A DNA stretch of 44,351 bases, taken from assembly GCA_000934665.2 (NCBI GenBank), contig KZ538005.1:124001-168351 (forward strand), given 5' to 3'. The position numbers and the translations under genes were made by a program. The stretch's first letter is position 1. Each line of letters opens with the position of its first letter. Origin of the DNA: Catajapyx aquilonaris. Taxonomy: Eukaryota. Of the stretch, positions 25,797-37,966 are shown one piece after another. The notes beneath the pieces were generated by a model that saw only the letters and a list, made by a program, of their open reading frames with translations, was not told the origin of the DNA and ran no database searches.

Positions 25797-25906
25797 CGAT
25801 TTCCAGTGTAGTATTGAGCAATCAGACGGAGGTTAAGTGGGGTTCCTTCTTCGCCAGGCTTAATCACAGGGCACCCCCGTCTTGGAGGTAAGGTGGAGGA
25901 AGGCAT
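25797..25906 (-). CDS. Candidate first coding exon of an unidentified gene
   Basis: accATG start with an upstream in-frame TAG; MPSSTLPPRRGCPVIKPGEEGTPLNLRLIAQYYTGN; strong GTGAGT donor. Only this frame is open across the exon. No homology recognised. Confidence 0.35.
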
Positions 25907-26260
25907 GGTACTTGAGTATCCGCGGCTGTCATTAAGGTACGGCTGCCGGGATGACCCGTGGGTGACCTCGACTGTCCGACCGATTCTTTCCGCTGCCTCT
26001 TTTGCGGTTAGGGACTAGTTCTGTGCCCAATTTTTCGGTGGGTCTGACTCGTTTCAGGATGAGGGTTGCCATGTTGGACCTACATTCCTAGCAAGTTAAA
26101 ACGGCTTTCTCTAGAACTCGGTACAATGCATGTACACGGTGTGCAAAAATATATTATTAAAAACCTTATATGCTGCGCCGTGGTCTCAGAAGCAAGTCTG
26201 CGAATTTAAAAATTAATTCGTGGCTATATGGCCGCATAGGTTTCGGCATATAATCTTATA

Positions 26261-26626
26261 CCAGGCACCAACTTGCCAAAATTTGGCGAAAAATTTGGCA
26301 AAAGTGCGAAAGGAGAGAGAGAGAGAGAGAGAGAGAGAGCACCAGGGAGCAACATCGAAGCGACGTCCGACGGTGAAGTGCAGAAGTAAGCGAGTCTCCA
26401 CCCAGGAGGTGGCGCCTGGAACGGCGGAATTGGGTATTCCGTGGAGCTGGCGTCGACGCCTTTTTTGGCGGTATTTTTCGTTTGACAAAGTCCCTGTGCA
26501 CTGGTTCCAAAAAACAAAAGTGATTTGCAAATATATAAAACACGGGCAAAATTTTGACACCATTCCCAAAGCTGTAGGCCGTATGGTGTGGGAGGAGTTT
26601 CCCTGACTGGATATTAATAATATAGA
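26261..26626 (-). mobile_element. Non-autonomous Helitron-like element with (TC)n microsatellite, copy 2
   Basis: On the minus strand: a|TCTATATTATTAATA ... GCCAAATTTTGGC palindrome, 10 nt, CTGG|t. Sits between A and T with no evident TSD. Confidence 0.72.
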
Positions 26627-27932
26627 TACATAAAGCAGAAAGGCTACCTAACCCACTTCCATGCCTCTGAGAGGATTCAACTTGACACACCCGATGCCGA
26701 TTGAGGAAAAAAGTTAGAAAAGCGCCCTTTTTTGAGTCTGCTCAAAATTTAGGTGTTTTTTTTTACGAAGTTTGGTATTCATCGGTAATTTTACACCTCT
26801 CCCCACCTTCCCTCATCAATCCTCGTGCAAAGAACGGGTCCCCTGCTAGTTTCGCTATAAAGTGTGCTTCTGTTCTTCCATCACTTACTGCGCAACTCCT
26901 ACAACCAATTGTTTTTTTCCCCCATCCTAATAGTAAAAATGACGCACTGTTCCTCCTAAACATAAGGCAGCAGTAATGGCGTATGATTTGCTACATCCTT
27001 GGAAGGGCCGCTCAAACTTGCATACACGAAAATCACTTTTCCTCATCCCAAGCGATTGGGGATATTATTATTAATGCTTTCTCTTGTCCTCCTTCTTCCA
27101 TACCCCAGCAGACATATATAAAAAAACGGTGTATGTTAGGCACGAACAAAATCGCCTCCGGGACATACAATCGCCCCTCAACATATGAATGCGTGCCCTC
27201 AAGCCTTTTCAATTCACCGGGTGGCCTGGAGGTTATGTACGGAAAAGAGGGTAAAAATTCTGACGTGTTGGCCAATCAGGAGTGGCTTCTAGTGTCCCGC
27301 ACTGGGCCTTATTACTCGCTCTGAGCTTGCAAAACGGAGCTGTAATCAAAGTGGACCCGGGCTCACAAATTACAGGCTGCGACCTACCGAGATGATGGGT
27401 CTATCCTAGGATTTAACGAAGCCTTTAGATTAGATCGGGAATTTTGGCCAAAAAAAATACATATCGTGGAGAAAAGATGCGTGCACATTATAACGATGCC
27501 CTACCTCATTGTTGTAATGATTTGGTGAACAATGGTCAGATTTGGCGGATGGGTTGAGAGGGTGACATTTTTGCGGGATTTTGGATAAGTAGAGAGCAAC
27601 TTTCATAACTGGAATTTTATGTGACGTTAGCAGGAAGTAGTATATGGATTTTTACGCTTGGTTAATAGTAAGCTAATGCAATCAAACAGCCAATAGCACA
27701 GAACGGTGAAAATTTTACTGCTCTTACTCCTTTTCAGTTCTGAATGAATGCTTTATATTTACAAGGCTGGCCTCGATGCAGTTGACTTTTTCATGACCGT
27801 AATGCTGTTGCTGTTATACATACCCGCATAGCAACCTAAATTTATTATAGCATTTTTGGGGGGGGAAAGCGAGTCACAAAGAGAGAAGCGAGATATGCCA
27901 GAGGGGCCCTTTTAGTAACTTTTGCCATTAAA

Positions 27933-28120
27933 AGGTCATCTATAAATTATTACGTAACGTTCACAGAGAGTGGGGGTTTGAAAGGTTTTGCGGTTTTGGA
28001 TGAGCGGTGGGGGGGGGGGGNNNNNNNNNNNNNNNNNNNNNNNNNNNNNGGGGGGGAATTAAACATATTTTGCGGGGATGTAGTGAGTAGAACTTACCAT
28101 TACGTAATTTCAGATGGGCG
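27933..28120. mobile_element. Degenerate PIF/Harbinger-like MITE containing a poly-G run
   Basis: Ends AGGTCATCTATAAATTATTACGTAA / TTACGTAATTTCAGATGGGC form an imperfect inverted pair. Confidence 0.45.
28021..28049. other. Assembly gap (29 N) within a poly-G tract
   Basis: Run of n flanked by G homopolymers. Confidence 0.99.
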
Positions 28121-29085
28121 TGCAATTACGTGAGGGAAGGAAACTTTTTAATGCTACCAACTGTGCAGTGGAGTTAATACTACAAGTTAGATATAGGCAA
28201 AATATGACTTTTGACTTAAATAGTTCTCCACTTAAACCCACATTAAATTATTGAAAAAACTATCAATCGGAGCCGTAGTGTTGTAGTGTCTATTTACTGC
28301 CATAGTGTCATCATTGAATGCGTACGAATAATTATATTATAAATCTCGACCAGGGTGTTGGCTATAGAATCAGTTTTTTCTACCTCTCGGGTTTATGTTG
28401 ACAGATACAGTGCTGTAATTACAGGACACAAAGGGGCCAGTCAGTGCCGTCATACTACAGAAACAAGAGCCTTTTCATGGTCTGAAAAAAAAGTTCACTG
28501 TCCCTTACCTACACTACGTCGCAATCCTCCCCAACATTCTACTGCGTTGCTTACGTCAATATCATTTCAAAGTTTGTTTGCCATTTCTTGAGAGTTTTTG
28601 TAACATTTGCACGTTCATGTAGTTGTCAGTTGCTGGTGAGTACACATTTATGAGTTGAGAAATTAGACTCGAGACATTTGCATATAGACTTTTTATTCCA
28701 CTTGGTATTTTACCTCATTCGGAAGTGAGTTGCCCCCCAAAAAATCAGAGTTTATACCCAACATGAGATCAGTAAACCTTGGTATGACAAAAATCCTTCA
28801 ACACCTCATTATTAAGCAATAGAACTGGGACCAAAAATGGCGCCAGGTCCTCAGAGATGGTAACCTTGTGTAGGCCCCAGGCAGTTTGAATCGTTTGAAT
28901 TTAATTTGGTGCATCTACCTTTTCGTCGTGTTTTGTCGTCAAATCGCCATTTAACACATCCGTTTCGACACTATTACCTGTACACACAAGTCGATTGCAT
29001 TATCTTCGATAACGGTGTCATATTAGTCTAACAAACTGTCATCTATACGCTACTTTTCCTCTAACATGCACAAATTGTAAGCGGC

Positions 29086-29187
29086 TTAGGAGAGAAAGTG
29101 CAAAAACATATTGCACACGGAAAGTTTAGACCGAACTGCTGGTTACACGCGCAAAAAATTATTTGCACACTTTTCCTCTCGGCCTAA
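29086..29187. mobile_element. Short degenerate MITE-like inverted repeat
   Basis: TTAGGAGAGAAAGTGCAAA / TTTGCACACTTTTCCTCTCGGCCTAA imperfect inverted ends. Confidence 0.4.
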
Positions 29188-31556
29188 TAAGAACAGGTTG
29201 AAAGACCTGCGCCGGCTCCTTTAAGTGAATTCTTCACATGTCACTTGTCCATGAGCACGCAAAGTCATCCTGTTGGTCTTCTAAACTGACGCCCTCCCCC
29301 ATTGTCAGGACCCAAAATGGGGGATTCCAGGAAATGAGCGAGGAAATTGGCTACGATGGACGCTCCGAAAAAGATGGCCTCAGAGGCCTAGTTAAGCCTG
29401 GCTTCTCTTCTTTTTTACCCTTATGGAAGAATGGCCACTTGAGGCCGTCCACGAGGTGTTAACAGGCGTGTAATTACGTGCTTAGAATTCGCGGATCATT
29501 CTCCTGGGTATTGTTCTGGCTCGGATTGAAGACGTGGAGAGGTTTGGAGGGAGGGTAGGATGGCGGGTGGAGGGGGGTGCATTCTTTAGCTGGACGTCTA
29601 TTTCGGAATGCTGATTAGTTGAGGTCCTAATGAATCTTGGCTTTGGTGCAATCACTCATGTCATATGGTATAGCCTTTTGTGAACCTACTTCGATTCTTA
29701 GGTAAATTGTTGATGTGACAATGATCATTTTGATACGTATTGATAGATAATGTGGGCACCAGTAGTAAGCCAAGTTGGGAGTATAGAAATGAAATGTAAT
29801 GTTGGCACATTGAAGGACACTTTTGGAGAGCATGTTGGTGACCCTTGTAGGACTAGGTAGCAAATCCGTTGCAGGTAAGTAATTCCTCAAGGGAAGCGAT
29901 TGCAAATTGTTGGTACTGGGCCAGGCCAATGTCCTTTAGGGATCAAGATTGCAATGACTCACCTTACTGCCACAAGGAATCAACAGCTGCTCTCCCGGTA
30001 CAGGTGCTGGCTGATCGATTGTAAAACAATTAAAAATCTTGATATTCCATTATTATCATCAGTATAGTCTATACATGTCTATGTCTTTCTTTCGTATCTA
30101 TTTTGTAATTATTGCATTTCTATTTAGTAATAATTTAGCGACCTCGTTGTCTTCTACGACGTATCCTTGCAAGTTTGAAATAAATCATGACGCGAGAACC
30201 TCGTTGCTATGTGATACTGAGCATTACTGTACTCCACATAACAAAAACAATCATATACAGCAGTCAATATAAAAGAGCCAGCAGTTTTTCCCCTAATAAC
30301 GCACACAGCGATAATTATATATCCTGAGCAATAAATCCACGCCAACGAATCGCGTGCGATTATCTCTGAGCGATGACAATAGACTCATAAATACATCATA
30401 TGCAAAACAAAATAGGTGACTCGTAGCAACAACCTGATCGCATTGTGTGCGAATGAGGCGCAGGTCGTCACAAGTGTGTCGCTTAACCCGATTGGTCAAC
30501 CGAGGCGATCAGGTCAGGTGCCCCTGGATCTGTTGGCTCTGATTTTAGCCCTGTCTGTCTCTATCCCTTGTTCCATCATGATGCTTCATTGGCGGAAACC
30601 ATGACGCGTGACATGTATGGCGCAAGTCAAAAAATGAATGTGCCTCATGCACGTATCTACCACATATTGTTAGGCTTGGATCTCGTGTTGTCGCAGCAAT
30701 CATTAAAGGAGGCTTGGACGTCACGTTTACTGGTACTGACAGTGGGAGAAGTAAAAAAAAAAAGAGTGTAATTGGGCCTCCAGGATGTGACGAGGTAATG
30801 AGAACAATTGCATGTATGAGTGTGACTGACAGAGTGTGATGAACACTCTCGAACTTGATTGTAATAGTCAGCCTTGGGGTAGCACCGAATAGCTGCATTT
30901 TTATAGAAAAGTTTATTATTTTAATTTAATTTAATTTAATAATTACAAAGTAGCCTTTGGGCGGGGAGTACCGAATCAAATACGGCCGGATTGGTTTTAA
31001 TTGTTGATATTTAAATATAGTAGCAAGTGCAATTAAGCCGAATTTGTCTTGCTCGCCATAAATGTACATTTCAAGTCCTTTAATAACTTCCAAATTTTGC
31101 AAAAATTTGCAAGGGCCTAATTGCAAATTGAATGATGGCGCCTCATGCTGACTGCTTTGCCATCTAGCGACCATTGTACAAATTAGGTGCATGTTTTTTG
31201 TTTGTTGGACTGGCATTTGTAAACTCTCGACATCTGTTGTCGAAATGAGGCACTAGATTCCCTGCAACTGTAATGGCCAATCAATATACAGTACTTTTGT
31301 TGATTTCTAGTCAAGTTGTGTGGCACTGTCTTTACTGATAATTACGAAGAAAGTATTATATATCTAAAGGTCATGCGGATTGGATTCAAATGTCTGGAAA
31401 CGACTTGCTTAGATAAAAGTGGCCTTAATTAGCTTTTGTCGGTAGCCTATGTGCATGCTTCTTACCCAGAAAGGTTGCACAAGACACATTAATAAGCAAA
31501 ATATGATGCAACGATGTCAGGTGCTCAGAAAATGTAGGCAGCCATACCCTCTTCTA

Positions 31557-31776
31557 CACTGTAAACCGCAAAACATTGAAAGAGCATCACTGGTGAGTCT
31601 AACATCAATTTTTAATGCTCTTCTAATGCTCTTGTGATGCTCCTGTGATATGCATACTTTATTGTTGCTAAAAGCATCACAAGAGCATTGGCAGAGTCAT
31701 TAGAAGAGCATTAAAAATTGATAATCCATGCGAGACTCACCAGTGATGCTCTTTTAATGTTTTGAGGTTTACAGTG
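31557..31776. mobile_element. Fold-back MITE with CACTGTAAA termini and TA flanks (EnSpm/CMC-like ends)
   Basis: TA-CACTGTAAACC.CAAAACATT.AAAGAGCATCACTGGTGAGTCT and its reverse complement at right; repeated internal AGAGCAT motif. Confidence 0.88.
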
Positions 31777-32142
31777 TACTTGACGGAGGAAATGACATCA
31801 GTGCAACTGGCACGACAAGAAATAAGTCCCATTTAGTGTCACAAATAGCTTTAAACTATTAAAACTTTCAGACAAAATTAAGGGTTGGGCTTGAAATATA
31901 ATTATATCAATCAGTCAGAGAAATCTCTGGAGGAGGCCTAATGTTTTAAAATCATGTGATTAAAGATATCTCACCTATCATATGTTTCAATGATAAATTG
32001 TGCATTTTAAATGAAACGCTCAATGAAACGTGTGATAATTTAAAGGTCTAATTTTCAATGAAATAATGGTGGGTGTAAAGCATATTTTATAGGTTTCTGA
32101 AAGCAGTATTAGCTAGGTGAGAGAGCCCAAGAATATTATTTA

Positions 32143-32266
32143 GATAGGGGTAGTGAGTAGCTTATAAAGCTAAAATTTTTGCCATATTTTTTGGCCCAAG
32201 ATTTACTGTATACAGTAAATGTTGGGTCAAAATTTTTTAGCTTATAAGCTACTCACTACCCCTATC
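32143..32266. mobile_element. 124-bp palindromic MITE-like element
   Basis: GATAGGGGTAGTGAGTAGCTTATAA / TTATAAGCTACTCACTACCCCTATC perfect 25-bp arms; central palindrome ATTTACTGTATACAGTAAAT. Confidence 0.8.
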
Positions 32267-33851
32267 AAAATAAGATATCTTGTGACAATGAATAGATAAC
32301 CAGTCAAAGTTACCATGTGATGAATAGACTGTATATGTATAGGTTATTTTTATCACATTCTTCACATGTTTAGTCACAATCTCCGCAGGTACTATTATAA
32401 CAGCTAACTCTGTGATTGATAAGAAACAATTGACGTACAAAACGTGTGTATTCTTAACTAGTCAATGATAATGATGATAATAATAATTGTGGGTATTGCA
32501 CCGCCCTTACTAGGGCATCTGGCGCGGAACCTTTATTTGACTATATAGGATGTACATAAACTGGACCATTTCTGTAACCCGGGTTCCATGAGCGATGAAA
32601 TAGTGACTGGGAGGGGGAGGTGCAATTGCAACGATTTGATAGGTAGTATTTTGTTACCCAGAATGGTTATCTATCCTAAATTTCATCCGAGACGATGGCG
32701 GGGACAACCCGACTCTGCACAAATGAGAAAGGGAAAACCTAGCCCTATATGATGAAACCTATATAGGACCTTTCCATATCCATGGGCACGAACATGATCA
32801 CTTCCCCCATTACTGCAAAAATTGAAATAATACCTAATTTGTTACATGTCATTTTATGTCACAAAAATGGTAGGAGATTAAAAATCAGCGGCATAAATAT
32901 CACCCTTTCACATTTAACAAAACACGTCACCCTTTATTGACACAAAAGCGGTTATTAAATATGATAATCAGGGGCATAGTCTGGTTCCACAATTTGATTG
33001 ACTCTATCACAGTTTTTAAAATGTGCCACATCTTGGCACATACTGTAGTTGAATATAGATTTTTCGGACATGTCAATTCATATCTAATAGATTGAGACAC
33101 CTGCCTACGCCTCTGAAACATTGCCTTTTTTAAAATATAACTTATATGCCTATTATACTGTACAGGCTATAGGAGCACCGAATTGGCCCAAAAATTACAC
33201 AATAACCCGTCAAAGAACTGTAGCAACGCTGCTGGCATTTGGTAAATGTACTGCACAAAATTGGTCAGTCAAACCTCACAACATTTACAACGACAACAAA
33301 GGAGGGGACTCATGTTTCATATAGACACACAAGAATACAGGACAGAAAGGAAAGAAAAGAAAATTCTGGACGTACCAAAAGTGCCAATCTTCCCCTAATA
33401 TAATATGGTGAAATTTTTGGTCATGATCTTCTCGACCGCTAATTAATCACGAGCCTTCAATTAGCACAGGATTGGGCTTCAGATTGCTGGCACCATTCTT
33501 TATATCGGCAGTCACGAATCATAGCGTGTTGGCAAATCAAAGTCTGCGACAGAATGATTCATTTGTGGCGAAAAACCTTTCAAGTCAGACACACAAGAGA
33601 CTTGATGCAACCCTATCGTATCATGGTTTAAAAAAAAGTTTTATGTTCATTTGTTACAATTTCAAACTTTACGTGACTGCCTGTCAAAATGTAAGGGTTC
33701 ATTTGGATCCACTCGGAAAATGCGATGGTACAGTACATTTCAATTCTTGCTTCAATCGTCCAAAGAACTTGTTCAAATTCTGACTGAGAGATAAGTGCCA
33801 TTTTTACAGGATTAAACTGGATTCGAGTTCCAATTATCTGAGCAGTACAAG

Positions 33852-33852
<1 letters not shown>

Positions 33853-33933
<81 letters not shown>
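33853..33933. repeat. (TTA)27 microsatellite
   Basis: Perfect trinucleotide run. Confidence 0.97.
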
Positions 33934-33935
<2 letters not shown>

Positions 33936-34531
33936 TGAAGCACTAAAAAGCATATTTATAGTGTACTTCAGGAAATGCTATTTGAATTGGTATTATCCTG
34001 TAGAGTAAAATACAGGAATACAAAAATAACTAGTACTCCAAAGCAATTGGAACTCAAATCTTGTATTACCCTGTTATTCCGATAGTAAGTTTTCATTGGC
34101 TGTTTCATGACATCCTTTCGAGTACCGTACTTCAGGAAATGACAATAAATTTGATTAAGGTACACATAACACAGAATGGAATGTGGATTAATAATCTTCA
34201 TTTCGCGCAGTTGTGCTACTCTCGAAACAGAGTTATTCGGGTTTGAGGTAGAATCCTGCACTTACTTAAAGCGTAGTGTTAAGAAAGCGAAGAAGAGCTA
34301 GATTTTAAAATTTAACTTGGCTGTTAGACATTATTATCTTAGAATGCACGCGAGTGTACGAAACGTTATTGTACATTTGGTATTGGCAGACATACACACA
34401 CGATTTTAAAATTGATACGATATGAACAGGACATCTCAAAATACTTCATATATACTCAGAGATTGAATTCTGAAGATTGTACCTATGTTGTTCACGAGGT
34501 TCACGAAGTGTTTTAAGATTTACCTGTTCAT

Positions 34532-34537
34532 TTTATT
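34532..34537 (-). promoter_or_regulatory. Possible polyadenylation signal (AATAAA) of the PPEF gene
   Basis: First AATAAA I noticed on the minus strand, ~510 nt past the stop codon, in AT-rich UTR-like sequence. Motif match only. Confidence 0.25.
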
Positions 34538-35046
34538 TTCTGTGTTTCACACACATGCGATTGACACTGGCTGTGAAAACTGGAAATGGTCAGGTACGAA
34601 ATATAGTGAGAATACGTAACGTTAGGAATAGATGACACAAAATTGTAGTTTCGAACACTCATAAAATCCCATTCAAGCATATATGAAAAGTCCGTTCCTT
34701 GATGCACATTGAACATTTAAGTTGCTTCTTTTTTTGCACAGAGATGACAACAGCAACAATTACAAAATAGCCATCCACAATGATAAGAAAACCCAAGTGG
34801 TGCATTATTGAGAAAAATATGACAAGAGTATTATGAGATGTAACGGAACGTTCCCATAACGTATAACTCGTTTCATTCAACAACACACTGGCAGCATAAC
34901 CTTGTCCCTATACTTTTGGAATAGGGGTTAAATTCTTAGAAGACTTAAAGTACAAACGTTGATAAAGTGACCAAATTTAATGGAGTCCTTTTTTGTGTGC
35001 GATATTATATGCCCATATAATTTTTTAAAGTCTTAAATGTTTACTT

Positions 35047-35297
35047 TCACGCATCTTCGTCAGCATATTCGAAATCCTCCGTCTCTCCCGTATCATTCTC
35101 ATTCTCATTGTCAAAGTCTGACCCTCCCATGTCTACCAATCGGAAGGTCTCCAGGAACTCATTGAAGTCGATGAACCCGTCCTTGTTCATGTCCATGCTT
35201 CGAGCCATGTCTAACATTTGCTGGTGAGGAATTGGTTTCTGCAGGTGCTGTCCCAACAGATCACATGCCTCTTGAAATTCCTCCATTGAGATGAAAC
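35047..35297 (-). CDS. rdgC: PPEF/rdgC-like phosphatase, terminal coding exon (EF-hands and acidic tail)
   Basis: (G)FISMEEF completes the EF loop DKDNSGFISMEE; a second canonical loop DMNKDGFIDFNE follows; TGA stop at 35047-35049. Confidence 0.93.
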
Positions 35298-35550
35298 CTT
35301 TTAAAAAATTCATCATTTGCATTAATACACGTGTGATTTAATGTGTCTCAATCTACACTGCAGTTAGCGAACTTATTGTTAAGTTAATCAAGTGTTGAAT
35401 GAGATTTCTTTGTTTCCTTCTTGGGTTTGAAAGGAAAAGGTATTAAAAAATGAATCCTTACATCTGATTTTGACAAACGCGTTTCACAGCAGGTGGGGAA
35501 AAAAGTCATTCCGTTGGGAAAAAGAAGCGTGCATTTTGGAAATGGCATAC

Positions 35551-35635
35551 CCGAATTATCCTTGTCGATCAACTTGAAAATGGTTTCCAAGCTGCTTTTA
35601 TTCCTGTACAAAACTTCAGCCAGCGGGACATCACC
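35551..35635 (-). CDS. rdgC: PPEF/rdgC-like phosphatase, internal exon (entry helix and first half of EF-hand loop)
   Basis: GDVPLAEVLYRNKSSLETIFKLIDKDNS(G). ttcttcgcAG acceptor, GTatgc donor; phase 0/1. Confidence 0.9.
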
Positions 35636-35719
35636 CTGCGAAGAAAAAGGAAGGAAACGGAATTTGTGACAGCCAAACAGCGACCAATCAGGAGCCACTC
35701 CTGAAGTTGGCTGACTGAC

Positions 35720-35874
35720 CGCTTTCTTGGAATCTTGCTGGAAGGTAGTCTCATAGCGAACGTTCCCTGAGGGTCCGTCCAGCTCCACCATCTTCTCTCG
35801 CAGCATGCGCCAAGGTACACTCAAAGTGCTTCCTTTCTCCATAGCTGTGCACCAATCCCCAACACTAATCATTC
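35720..35874 (-). CDS. rdgC: PPEF/rdgC-like phosphatase, internal exon (degenerate EF-hand region)
   Basis: (G)MISVGDWCTAME...VPWRMLREKMV...KKA, resembling the PPEF 'LPWRxLR' segment. cctgcAG acceptor, GTcagt donor; phase 1/0, in frame with its neighbours. Confidence 0.9.
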
Positions 35875-37713
35875 CTGCAGGATACAAACAGTGAATACAA
35901 ATTATACGGTGTAAAATATATTCGCTTTTTCAGACTACAACCGGTGAGCCGCATTGCCCACTTGGCAATTATTGGCCAACTTCTCCCTTGAATCCCCCGC
36001 AGAATTGGTCTAAAAGTGACAATGGCAACATTACGGCACGTAGTCCCGATGTGTAGGTCTGCTAACTTGACGAATAAGCTCGTCGCCTGGCGGATAGCTG
36101 GAGCACACTAGTTTGACGCAGATGAGATTTCCAGGCCGCCGCCAAATTAAATCCCCTTCAGGCCTGCGGTCCTTTCCTTTAATGATTCCTGGGATTAACA
36201 TCCTGAGCCTTCTCCTGCACTCTATGCGTATATTAAGGGGTAGAGAGGTGGGTACGGCACAGTAACCCCGTTGACTCCGGTGTCATAGGGTCACCATTTC
36301 CCCCACATCTTTGCCTCTGTCCAGATGCTAGAGTCTAACGTCATTATCCGGAGGGGAAATTTGCAGACCCGTATTATACCCGAGTAAACCTATTACCCCC
36401 GCGGATGCTGTTTCTTTTCATTAGGAAAGGCCATTCTCCTGGCGAATAAGCTCGTTAATTCCATAGCGCCCTTCAACAATAATGATAAATCTGCATATAC
36501 TCCGTTAATATGACTCTTCCTTAATCAGGTACTATTTTTGTACCTATTAAACCCCGGGAGCAAAGAGTCCGTTTTCTATATATTCTCCCCTTGTTACCCA
36601 TAAACTATAGGGCTTCTCATAATGCTATAGAGGCAGGGTTGTTTTCCTTTTCAATAAGATTAACCCTACCGACGCGACGCTCGCAAGCCTATAGCTAAAT
36701 TATGCAATCCGTCACAATAACTCCATCCCAAAATAGGTGGCGAAACTTTAAATGAGTTTATAATTACACGCTTAATGCGATGTCAGTTCATGAAAGCTAG
36801 GATAATAATTGGATGCTGCCCCGATGAAGAGTGCCACTCTATATTGGTAGGTTGCGAAAGAGATTTTCGGGGGATTAATAGTTAGCGAGGATTTTTCGTG
36901 TGTGCAAAGTTAGAGCATTACGGAATCAAGTCGATATATAGGGAAAATTATTGTGTTTTTCAACAAAACAAATCGTTCAGGAGAAAAGGAGATCATTAAG
37001 AAGCAAACTACGTTTTAGTCAGTCTCGAATTTCCAGCTCGGGACATGGCCATTATTTCAACTTTGGTGCACACCCAAGTTCGATTCTCGGTCTAGTCTCA
37101 ACTGAAAGGCTTCTGAGTAGAAAGTTAGACGCGACGCAAATATACCACAGTACTCCAACTAATGCTATCACATGCAACCACCCTTCCTCCCGTTTTTCGA
37201 CTTAACTTTTAGGGATTTGGTATCCACATCGCATCGATCGTTTTGTCTCTATCCTCACATTACCTGGTATAAGGTTTCTCATAAAGGGCCCATTTTTGAC
37301 TTCTCAGGATAGCCTGAAAGTAGCTCATGAAATTACCTTTCACGTCATTAAATGCAAAATACTATTTGGCTCTTCAGTTGAAATTTGACCCATTTTTGTG
37401 GTTACTATATCCCTACTGAAATCCTACCTCGCACATTTTTATGGTTCGTCATTTAATGAATCCTTTATTCTGCTTAGGAAGTGATTATAGAGACCAACAG
37501 TGTGGAAGGCGCAGCCATGCAGAGGATATGGACAAAGAATCCTCTTCATATCTGCCAACCTCGTTGACGACCTTTCATCCCGAGGCCCTTTTCCCCATCC
37601 GCCTCATTTACCCCACACGATTAACCAAAAGGTCGACCAATTTAGGACTGAACCCACTTTTTTTCGTATTATGGCAAATGCGGCAGTTACTCGGCTGCCA
37701 TCTTGTGACTCAC

Positions 37714-37966
37714 CAGTGCCCTCTGGATCGCACACATGGAACTGCTGGAGGATGCTCTCCTTCGAGGCTACAATTCGACCACGGAGTTCTCTTAGGGCCG
37801 AACTCTCGATAAGTCCGACCCTCTGTCTTATGGTCAGCTTTCTGGGTCTGGCCACTGCTGTGTACTGGACAAAATGTGGCGTCAGAACCCCTCCCAAAAG
37901 CTTAACGTAAGCGCCTTTGTTGGAGCCCACTTCGTAGTAGTTGGACGCCGAGAAGATGGTCAAACA
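37714..37966 (-). CDS. rdgC: PPEF/rdgC-like phosphatase, internal exon (end of catalytic domain and linker to EF-hand region)
   Basis: CLTIFSASNYYEVGSNKGAYVKL...PHFVQY...QRVGLIESSALRELR...DPEGT(G). The SASNYY..GSNKGAY motif is typical of PPEF/rdgC. tttcAG acceptor, GTgagt donor; phase 0/1. Confidence 0.95.
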
